This document shows, one piece after another, positions 37,651 to 48,077 of a DNA stretch of 64,000 nucleotides (its first letter is position 1; each line of letters begins with the position of its first letter). A model generated the notes under the pieces. The model saw only the letters and a program-made list of their open reading frames with translations, was not told where the DNA came from and ran no database searches. Source of the stretch: Sarea resinae (Eukaryota); the NCBI GenBank assembly GCA_026026165.1, contig JAPEUD010000033.1, positions 124,001-188,000 of the forward strand. Direction: 5' to 3'. A program made the translations under genes and the position numbers.

Positions 37651-40600
37651 ACGGACTGCTGATAGAGAAAATAACGATAACAGATCACTCGTGACAGCGA
37701 TAATCAACAGACTCGATTAGCTCTCAATTGACAATGATCATACAACAGACTCACCTCGCCCGTGTCTGTACGTTTCATATATTTTACTGCGCTTCAGCGC
37801 CGAAGGGCACAGATGGCGCGAAGATTCTGCTCCCAAGGCTCGAGGCACCTAGCATGCAAGCGATAGAGAATGAGCGTGTTTCTTTCGGCGTCTAGGTCAT
37901 CCTATACGTTTGAGTCCCAGAGAGTCTGATCCGAGAAATTAAACGTATCGAGTCATCGCCTGAGAACTGGCTTGCAAACGACTTCTATTAGGGCGAATCC
38001 TTCGATTGCGAAACCTATGTATCTGTGAATTGATCTTTCGTCGACCTGCTTTGTTGTAGGGCAGTGGCATAATAGCACAGAGATATTGCTATTGTCCAAA
38101 CCAAAGTTTTAGCAAAGGCATTAGACCTTGTATAGGTTCGAGCTCAGACATTGCGCTTCAAACTGGAGAGATTGGATTCAATACTCAACTTTCCTTGTTT
38201 TGTTAGTGCAAGTCTCGCCCGATTGTGCATCCGGACTCAACGGTCCATAATCAGTCATTAGCCTATTGCGATCGACAACGATTGTGCTCTTTAGATTTTC
38301 GTAGCGAGATTACCGTCTGCTTTCATGCGTATGTTAAGCTGGTCCGCTGGTGTCATCGTGTCATTTTCGTCGAGTCGGGACTTCAGTTCGTCGAGTTAGG
38401 ATGCCAGTCCGGAGATCTTCGTTTTGAAATAGTCCTCTCGTTCCACGAATCCAGCCACCATGGAACGGAACTCGGATCGGCGTCGGTGGGTCTGCAATTC
38501 TCATCTCGGATATGATTCTTGCCCAGACTTCGATGTGCTCCTTGGCTTCGGCCAGGTTGTGTTTGAGTTCCTCAATTCGGCGACTCTCCGGCTGTGGGCC
38601 CGTGTTCGTTGGGCGCGCAAAGGGTGTGGACCACAACAGCCTTTTTCCTCTTCAGCCGTCCACAAGTCGAAACACCTTTCTAAGTCGTAAATTAAGTAGG
38701 CTCGCGTCTCCCAGAGACTCTTCCTAAGATTCTAAGGGAAGTGGGTAGAGAAAGGCTCTGCCGAGCTTCCAGTCTCAGTAAAGGCTGAATACACGCACTG
38801 GCGGTCGGCCAAGAGTATGGTGAAAGAAATCAAAGTTAAGCTCTGTCTGCTTATAGCTTGGTGAGGAGCGATTATATGGTGTTCATCTAGCTTGTATGCC
38901 ACCTACTAAGCCCTTATCAATATAGATCGAACAATAGAGAGAAGACAGCAACAGTATAGCTCAAGAAAAGGATTAGATAGTAAGCAATAGAGAACAAGAA
39001 ACAAGCAGATAGACTTTGAAAAGCTTTGAGGTCGGTGAGTTAAGGTCTGAAGGGACGTAGCAGGAAATAAAGGCAAGCAAGGTGAGACACTGCTAGGAAC
39101 GTAGCTAGAAAGAGAACCTCAAACACTTGTAGACTTAGGTCTTATCTTCCTCTATCTCTCCTTTCCTTTATTGCGCTCCCTTCAGCTCCCTAAGGTCGCC
39201 TTGACTGCACTGATAGTAAATCCAGCGTTCGTCCTTTGTAGACCAGGTTAATTGCGACGTTGGCTTGCTACAGGGACTGCAGGAGTTTCCTTTCTCTGGC
39301 AGAATCTTATTGTGCGCTTCTCTATAGTGTTAGTGATAAAAACACAAATACTGTCTACTTCGGCCGAGCATAGCTATTTTTCTAACTAACAAACAGCGTT
39401 GGGTTATTTTTGACATCTGTCCACCAGTGACGTTCGCGGTACAAGCTTCTATCTTTCGTCGGCCAGACACAAGTTCTTCTACAGTATTGCATACAAAGAC
39501 TATGAGAGACTGTGGGATTATATAGAAGAGCTAAAGAAAGAGTCAGCGGTACTCCTTGCCGAGGCACTATTAGTTTACCTCTTCAGTGCCGCGATCAAGG
39601 ACTTCTGGCACCTTGTTTCGCAGCCAGGGACTTTCCGGAAGATAATACCATATTGATTTAAACAAAGTAGGTTAGGAGACCAAGTCTGTCACTTTCTTAA
39701 GACCGTGGTTATTATGCTCTTAGTTGTCTACTAAGAGGTTCTCTGTATCCACGACATTGGTATCTTTTAGCTTACGATCTGAGAAATCTTAGGACTTAAG
39801 GCATACAAGATGTTGTTCTGTGTCCTATGGAATCGGTTGTGTACGAAGCCGTGTGGATTCCAGAATCATTTCCATTGCTATTCATAAGGTTGCTTACCTT
39901 ACTTATGAATGTTGAATCTCCTGGTACAGCATATCTGGTGTAATACGGGTATGGTATAAAGTGCCGTTGGTTCATTATAAAGTGCCGTTAGTGTAAAAGC
40001 TTCAAGCTGCATAGGATCTTTGCTTTTGCAAAGCGAAAAGTCCTAAAAGTTGCTGAACTTCAGGTGCTGAAGATTGTCGAACTTGAGCCTGATATCTCCC
40101 TCGATCTCCTCCTAGATTGTAGGGGCAATTCTCTCTTCCTCTAGAAAAGAGCCTGATCGAGCTTTAGATCTGCGATAATGCCTTCCTGCTAAGTATTCCT
40201 ATTCAGATGCAAGCCTAATTAGTGCTACCCTACTACAAAACTTTGGGTTAATAAAGAGCTCCTTGTGAGTCTAACATGTCTTTTAAGCTGGTGCCGTTTT
40301 GCATGTTTCCCTAGAACTCTCCTAGTCGAAATCTGATTTAGAAGGGCAGCCCTATAAAGGTCTGTAAACAACTCCGCGTATAATTTTGAACAGGGGTTAT
40401 AACTGTTTATTGTTGCCTGTCTGAGTTTTCGATTAGTCCGAGGGTTTTATTCTTTAGTTCTTTAGCGCTGCTATGCTGTCTTTAGACGTCTCCAGATCCT
40501 TTCTGTCACTACTTCCTATGTCATCGCACCTGCACCGTGGCCGCACCCGCGAGATGTTGCTTGCCGCCACGCTCCTGTGCTCCCCTACTACCTCTTCCAC

Positions 40601-40834
40601 TACTTCAGTACCTGAAGTATCCTTTCCTATCTCGCTACTGAAGGCATGACGGTACTGGTCCAGCGTTGTCTAGCACTCTTGCGCGCTTAGCTAATGCAGG
40701 TCGAGGGCAATCTTGAGTTAGATGGTTAGGGATTCGATGAGATGCCAGAAGAGCCGTTCTTAGAAGAAGTGCTCTCTAACGTATTGGCTGGACATATTGT
40801 ATACCTTTGAATGCCGGACGAGGCGCGCGCCGAC

Positions 40835-41560
40835 GATATACATCCCGGTAATGGGTCTTATCATCTTTATCGACTAAGTCAGAAGTTTCAGGGAGATTCG
40901 GATAAAAGAGGCCTCTTTCAGATGCTTTTCAATGAGGCCGCTGTATCGATCTTCGCCGGGTTGTTCCCGCTAGTCCTTGAGGTCCGGGCGGGCCAGGTGG
41001 TCCAGGTGGGTGCTCGCGCGGGCGTCCTTGGAAGATGCCATTGAGCGCCGCCTTGTCCTTGAGCAATTTGCATCCCAGGGCCGACCAGTCGCACTTGCTG
41101 ATCAATGTCTTGATGCCGTTGTGGCAGAGAGAGTTCTATTGGGCGTACGCCTGGATCTCGTAACGAAGATCAGAAGACTCCATGTTAAGTTGCTGTGCAG
41201 CCTTGTAGACATTGGTAAGCCATGATGCATCGGGCCTTACAGCGATTATAGGGTGAGGTTGGTGTTTTTAGTATGTCTGGAGAATAGCTTCTTCTGCTTC
41301 AAGCCTTGAATTAACCTCTTGCCAGTTCAAGTCTAGGTACAAACTCCACATGCTGTCATTAAAAGTCAGCCTTCTTAAGCTCTTAAGGCTTATAGCTAGA
41401 TAATCGCCATATTCAAGAAAGTTGTCTCCTGCTAGGACGGCGGGAATCATAGCCTGGATCTGCTCCATGGCTTGTGGGGATAGCTCCGACATAATGGGGG
41501 AGTCCCCGGAATGTGATATTGAAGTAAAGGTGGCTGATAATATATTTATTGGCCTGACAA
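40835..41560 (-). mobile_element. Ty3/gypsy LTR 3' end and gag N-terminus, interrupted by a foreign gene fragment
   Basis: AATAAA (41545-41550)...TATCACA end at 41512; ATG 41492 MSELSPQAMEQIQAMI; resumes ~41012 with PPGPPGPPGPQG..*KASERGLFYPNLP..VDKDDKTHYRDVY. Confidence 0.7.
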
Positions 41561-42739
41561 AGAGCGATTGTATCCGGTAAATCTCTCATGTATTGTCGCA
41601 GATAATACCGAGTATCTCGACAAGTAACCAGGTCAGGCATCTTTGAAGATCTGAAGTTAGCTAATGTAGTCGAAGCAGAGATGCATCTCACTCACCTAGC
41701 AGACGACAAGTCTACCATTATCCTCAGACACGAGCACGGATTTCTGGTCTTCGAACTGACTTGTCGATCCGCTAGATTAGACGAACTTTTAGAAAACTCT
41801 TCGATAAGGTACCCAGAAGGGCTGCCTGGTCTATCCACGCCTGCGCGCTCACGGAGAGACTGTCTAGTCCTCGTACGAGGATGTTCAATTGCCCGGGCTC
41901 TTGAAGAGCCCCCCCTTAGTGGGGCAGACGAAGCAGACTCTCCGTCTGCAGGAAAGTAGGTAGCAAAGATTAGGAAGACTTGCACTTTTGTTTTTTCTAG
42001 TACGGGTTACCCAGGTGCCTTGTAACGGTTTCGACACTATCACGCCTTTCCGCGTTACTAGAACTACTAAAGAAGTCAGTTTCCAAGTTGATAGCAATTG
42101 TTAGTTATAGAGGCAGACGTACATCTCTCCTAGTATGTTGCGAGAAGAAGGCATATTTTAGAGAGGAAAGAAAAGAGTCCGATGCTTCTTAAACAGATGT
42201 GATATTCCTAGCTGCGAGAATATCTTTCACTTTAGACCTGAAATTTTGATTCTGATCCCTCCGGACCCTGTATAGGTGCCTCATAATGACTCTAATACGA
42301 TCCTAGGTACGTTTGCGCGTTTCTGGAAAGAGCAACCAAGTCAGTTTGAAAGAGATATGTTGGACAATCGATACATATTTTACAAGCACTTTACCTTTGT
42401 TGATCGACCCTTCGATCTCTGCTATTTCCTCTTTAGTCCTTGCCCGTCCTGGCTTGGCCATCACTAGACGTCGCGCAATATCCTGTTAATTAGAGATATT
42501 GTTCCACTCTAGTCTTCGTATTCATTGTGCATCCGGCCGACTATCGCGCAAATGTTACTACTAGTGGTGAGGAATATTCAGGGCGGTAGAGCAGATAGGG
42601 TCGTATCGTTGGTCGCCGGCCGCGGCCTTCCACATCTTCAAGCCGCCAGTTGCTTCTTTAAGGCTCTCAACTACTATTGCTCCTCAATATTGATTGCATA
42701 GTGAGTTGTTTGAGTCGTACTAGCCCTGCTATGTGAGCT

Positions 42740-43025
42740 CTTTCGTAGTAGACTTTATATGGGCCTCATCCACCACCACCCGTTGGAAGTGGGTGTTGGC
42801 CCAGAGAGCCTTACGGGTGCTTGCGCATCCGAAACTCGTCACGATGATGACATTTTCCACGGTCAACTCTTCGCCCGTTGACTCTTTGCCATAGCGATCC
42901 GCGACGTCCCTATTCTTGCCGTGTTCCGGGTAGATGGGGAACTTCGTCTGGATTGCTTCGGTGAAGAGGGCCTTGTACTCGTCAAACCACGTCTGCGTAA
43001 AACAGAAGGGCTTACTACTAATATA
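42740..43025 (-). pseudogene. SNF2-family helicase/ATPase fragment (motifs Ia to II)
   Basis: ILVVSPSV..QTWFDEYK...VIIVTSF...WANTHFQRVVVDEAH; flanked by stops and frameshifts. Confidence 0.75.
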
Positions 43026-44740
43026 GAGCCACCACAGCTTTATTTTCTCTTTATAGAAATTAAATCTTAACAGATACCCTTGCCTTATGAAATTAACAGC
43101 GTGGAAATAGCATGGCTAGCCTTAGCGGTCAGAACACAGCAAGTGTTGTTATAATTAGCCTTGGTGGTGTCGAAGACGACCCGCACAGGCTGTAACGACT
43201 CTTAGGCTAAGCGTTCTAGTCTCCTGGCGACGTTGGAACTGCATCGCTTCTAGTGCTTATAACCTTAGGAGGCTCGATGTGCAGGCGTGCCAGTCCTTCG
43301 CCGAGAAGTTTGGCCGCAAATTCGGGAAGAGCTCGTACTCGGCGGAGGGCCGAATCTCTTCATCACCTACACTCCAGTTAAAGGGAGTGGATGGGACGGA
43401 CCGGAGGGACGAGAGGGAGGATGAAGGGGACAAAGGGACTGTCGGGGAGTGGGCGGAGGCGGAGGGCGGATTCTCGGTCTGTACCCAACAACCGTTAGCC
43501 AAGAAAGCCATTCGCTGTCCCCGTTTGGAGTTGCCGTTGCAGTACAGAGTACAGAGTGGCTGGGGGAATGACTTACATCGACGACACGGCCACTTGCTGC
43601 GGCTACCACCGCCGCTCCTGCGGCGGCAGCTTCCTCGACGGAAGCCCCATTTTTCGGGCCCTCCCCGCTGCTGCCCCTGCTTCTATGGCTACTTCCTCTG
43701 ATGCTCCGGCAACTCTGGCAGCGGCTTGAGCTGCAATGCCCAAACCCTGTCTTCCTTCTCCTCAACCGATAGTGAGTGGGGCTCTAGATGTAGGACGAGT
43801 GTCCACTGTGGATCGTGGCAGATTGCCCGAAACAGATCAGTCTCGATGATAGACTAGTAGGCATCTTCGGAGGACAGGTGGTATAAAGCTAGACTTGTAT
43901 GATTCTGCTCCCTAACATCCTATCTATTAGTAGTGATAGTGATGATGTAGACCACGTGTGTTTATGTTGCGTAAAGTCTTGACTGCTTCCTAGCATCTCT
44001 CTTAGGCGCAGGAGTCTGCATGTCTCCTTGATTCTCATCTCTGCAGCCTGTTCGAATAGTCCTGCTTGGTCTGTCTTTGGAAATCGTGAGCGAGGTTATC
44101 GATATCAGTGATATTCTCCTCAGTAGAGTTGTATCTAAGATCTTGACTCTTATATATTTCTTCATTCAACCGGCTTAATGTTGCAACCACGGACAGATGT
44201 AAGTCTTGCTCATCGCTTTGCTGGCCAATATAATATTTATTTTCTCTTGTACCTAAAAGTCGAAAATGCTAGCTCTCTGTCAGAAGAGAGGATAATCTGC
44301 CGGATTAGACAAATAGGTTGATGCGCTGTAAGAGAGGCTTTTCGACAGAGGCACACAAGGAGATATACAGCGATATCAAAACCCACATATCTCTATAAAT
44401 CTCACAACTCAGTCCTCTTCACAATCAAATGTGGGTGGCTGATCAATAGTAGCCTGAGTATTAGGAGTTCTCACGTCTGTGTCAGTGTTGAGAACTCCCG
44501 AACCGACATGGCCGACCGCCCGTCACAACCAGGGCAGGGCAGCCAGGACCCAGACTCGGCTGATTCGAAGAGCCCCCCGACCAGCGGGAGGCCTTCATTG
44601 TAGAAGATCTTGTCTGGCATGTACCAGCCTCTTTGCCTTAGCGATCTCTCGAAAGTTGAAGCCACGCTGACAGCCACGTTGGATGGTGAATATATCGGTT
44701 GGCTAACAATCCTCTTTGCATCTTGCTCGTAGGTTCGATA

Positions 44741-44808
44741 TATAGAGTCGACATATATATAGAGTCGACATATATATAGAGTCGACATATGTATAGAGTC
44801 GACATATA
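44741..44808. repeat. Tandem 17-bp minisatellite x4 with central GTCGAC palindrome
   Basis: TATAGAGTCGACATATA x4 (one A->G variant), followed by two degenerate TATATAGATC copies. Confidence 0.95.
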
Positions 44809-45049
44809 TATAGATCATTGGGAATATATAGATCCTGCCCAAGGATTTGGAATTTCAATTTCTTTCGTGTGTATAGGAAGGGAGAGTGGGAAAGCAGCGG
44901 GTGGGGGGATTTATATAGGTCTGGGATGTGAATATCTGCCTTGCCTATTGGCGCGTGCTGGAGTGGATGAATGGTTCGGGCCGTGAATCTACTTTTTTGA
45001 GGTAGTTTGAATGCCCTATATTGTCGGACTAGGTCGTCTTCGATTGCAT

Positions 45050-45346
45050 TTAGCTCATCGATGTAGGGCCTACATTCAGGTCGCTTGAGCCGTCCCTCTT
45101 GACGAACGCTTTCATTTCGAGTCTGATTTCTGGAGGGAATCCCTCGTGTAGACGGGTAACTATCTCGTCGTCGGACGTGAATCCAGCCATGCGGGACTTG
45201 CGTATCTTGACGATAGCATATTCGTTTGGACGGCGTCCTTGCCTCCAGGAGAAATATTCTCGGCCCGCGTCAATCCTCAGCATTGACTCGCTTTGAAAAA
45301 GATTCTTTTTGATCGCAGCGATCCACGCGTCTACAGATAGCTGCAT
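45050..45346 (-). mobile_element. Ty3/gypsy gag (capsid-like) internal fragment, open ORF
   Basis: WIAAIKKNLF..A.REYFSWRQGRRPNEYAIVKIRKSRMAGFTSDDEIVTRLHEGFPPEIR resembles fungal retrotransposon gag. Confidence 0.65.
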
Positions 45347-45865
45347 GTTTTAGGTGGGTTTGGTGACGTTTTCGAAGGTATATGGGAAGAGAGGGTTTAT
45401 GGTTGGTGGGTTTGGTGGGAGTGATGTAGGGTGGGGGTGGGGGTGAATTGCTTTTGTTAGTGAAGTGCTGTTTGTTGCGGAGCGCTACGTAAGTTATTGC
45501 AGGATTAGTATATTCACGGGAGCTGATTTATTTCCAGGAACGGCGGTGGGTCTTTTTCAATCTGGCTTAACAAAGTGGGGAATTGCAGCTGGGTGAGTTA
45601 GCGAAGAGGAAGCTCTGGAAGTGCTGTTTGAGGTGGAACACTGATATCATACGCAAGCTGCGAGAGCACAAGATATCTATACGAGTCGGAAAGAGACATT
45701 TACATCAGTATTTGCCAATCCCAGTCGAAACCAACGCCAACGCTATGCGGCTCGCCCGCCCGCAAAAACAAGAGATATCAGAGCCCAATCAGATAGACGC
45801 ACGCATACATACATACATGCCTACACAAACATTCCAAACGCCTCTGTTGACTTCCTTTCGCCACC

Positions 45866-47520
45866 TTAGGCTCCAGCGATTAGCATGCTCAACATACCCT
45901 CCGTCTGGCAAGCCTGCTGGGCGCGCTCGACCTCCTTCCTGACACGCTCGTGCAATATCTTGATCAGACCGTCGATCTCTGGCGAAGAGCCCATCTGAGC
46001 GGAATAGAGGTCGATGATCAGCACGCCGACATCAACAGCGGTTCGGACGTATCGGGGATCGGCAATGTGCTTGCCTATCCATTTGAGGATCGGCTGTAAG
46101 GTTACTTCGTCGCGACCCTGGAGGGCGGCGCGAGTGGCTGAGCGATGGCGAAGGGCGGTGAGAAGCGTGAGGACTATCAGGGGTGGTTCAGGCTGCAGAC
46201 GACGTTAGTATTTGAATGAATATACCTGGAGAATGGTCATCTTACCCCGGTCAGAACTCCGTCAAGGGCAGGTCCATATCTGCCTCTCCGTAGGTCCTTT
46301 TCCCATCTCCTTTCCTGCTTGACCTTCTTTCTATCGTTGCCCTCGACTATGACGTCGACACCCTCGCCCAAAAAGTCCATACCCCGCAGCCTCTTATCCC
46401 AGCCCTTCCCTCTCTTCTTGGCGGTTTTCTTATCGTGTTCGTCTATCTTTCCTTCGATCAGCGCCTGCATCTCCTTCTGCCGTTCCCGCTCCCGAGTTTT
46501 CTGCTGGCCTGAAAGCCGCGTCTTGATGGACAGCAAGCCAGACTGCATACCCACAGCGAGATGCTTGTCCTCGCGATTTGCACCAGAACTGACGACGCTC
46601 AACGAGAGGACAGGAGATGAGTACTTTGCGCCATAGACAACGTTCCAGCCGGTAGTCTCGAAGACTTTGACGTGGCCGTCTAGACCTCCACTGACAAGTC
46701 TACTGCCGCCCGAAGCAAGGCAAAGAGATGTGACAGTCTTCTGGTGGTTTCTAAGTAGCTGCAGTGTCTTTCCAGCCACGAGGTCTAGTACCGATATCTG
46801 GTTGTCCGCCGCTGCCAGGACCATCGTCGCAGATGGAAGAGGTAGAACGCGCTCGACGGCAGCGGCATGCTTGAATGTCATGACGGCCCGCCCAGGAGTT
46901 CTCGAGTCCCATAATCGTACCGTTTGATCGTATGACCCAGACACAAGAAGATCCGTAGAACGTCCGGGCATGAATGCGCCACTTCTGACATAATCTTGGT
47001 GTCCGACGAATGTAGTAGTGCTCTTCTGGGCGGGGAGGTCCCACAGTCGAACGGTCTTGTCGTCACTTGCGCTCATCAACGTCGTGAGTTCGTTGGGGCT
47101 CCATTTGGTCGTCCACACTGGCTGCTTGTGTTCCTTCCACGTCTTCAAGATCGCTCGCGAGTTGATGTCGAAGACTTGAATTGCTCCGCTGTCGTCTCCT
47201 GCCACGATGACCCGTCCATCTCGCCGAATCTCCCCGCTGCGTGCAATGTCATCAAAGCGAGTGATGGTCTTGAGCAGCTTGCGCGTCTTGATGGAAAAGA
47301 GCTGTAGCCGCGTGCCCGTCGTGACGGCGAAGTGATCAGCAGGAGGAGCATTGGGATTGCCCGAGGCCGCAGGGAAGGAGATGTGCGTGACTGGGTAGGA
47401 GGATGGAGATGGGATAAGGTGCTGCGAGCCAAATGAGCGCCAGTACTGCTGCTCGGGCGTGAGGGGGACGGGGCCCGCAGCTAGCTTCAAGGGCTGAAGA
47501 GGTGTCACCGGTGCCGCCAT
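45866..47520 (-). CDS. UTP15: U3 snoRNA-associated protein 15 (WD40, SSU processome)
   Basis: ATG 47520; TPEQQYWRSF, WD repeats (SASDDKTVRLWD, GSYDQTVRLWD, HQKTVTSL); intron 46193-46245; C-terminal domain LTLLTALRHRSA..ALQGRDE. Confidence 0.95.
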
Positions 47521-47768
47521 TGTCAGGCTTCGCGCATCACAGTATGGCACCAGGTATCACCGTCGTCGTTGGTGCAGAGAGCGGGGAGTTGGGTGTCGAT
47601 TGATTTGGTGTTGAGCTTTCTTGCCGTTCCGACCACTTTTTGTCGATTTTTCGCGAAATTCTCGGTTGGCGAAGTCGTGGCCTTATCGATAAGGGAAGAC
47701 CCCAACTCTACCTCAGGCTGAAGCAATCCGAGAAATTGGAGGCATCACCCACTCGTCTCAACACCCTC

Positions 47769-48077
47769 ATGGCTACCCGTCTCTCAGAAACCTGCAACGA
47801 CTGTGAGATCCTGACAGATCGTCTGCACCGCTTCCTTTCCGCTCGAGAGCCTCCCAAGACGTTCTGTCCGTCTGAAGTTGCTCGAAGTCTTTCTGCAGCG
47901 GAGCTCAAGGAATTGGGCGTCGAAGAGTGGCGCGATCTGATGCCGAAGATCAGGGAGCTGGCGTGGGAACTACGAGATGCGGGAGAAGCAGAGATTTTGC
48001 AGAAGGGAGAGCCGCTCGACGATGGAGTCACGATATGCGATATCAAAGGGCCGATCAGAATCCGGAGACATGAATAG
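47769..48077 (+). CDS. Small DUF3253-family (winged-helix-like) protein
   Basis: LSAREPPKTFCPSEVARSL...WRDLMPKIRELAW...EILQKG.......IKGPIRIR; intronless. Confidence 0.85.
   Translation: MATRLSETCNDCEILTDRLHRFLSAREPPKTFCPSEVARSLSAAELKELGVEEWRDLMPKIRELAWELRDAGEAEILQKGEPLDDGVTICDIKGPIRIRRHE

Larger units (their letters stand above)
30980..45430. mobile_element. Degenerate, RIP-like mutated mosaic of transposon and accessory-gene fragments (heterochromatic block)
   Basis: No ORF longer than ~140 aa; visibly AT- and TpA-rich (e.g. 31020-31350, 35390-35520); TAG/TGA stops interrupt otherwise protein-like frames; recognisable gypsy, SNF2 and zinc-finger fragments; boundaries approximate. Confidence 0.85.

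Noticed and set aside
44741..44808. Possible CRISPR array
   Set aside because: Repeats are directly adjacent with no spacers; eukaryotic context; no cas genes
30980..45430. Single intact Starship or LTR retrotransposon
   Set aside because: No tyrosine recombinase captain, RT domain, paired LTRs or target-site duplication could be identified
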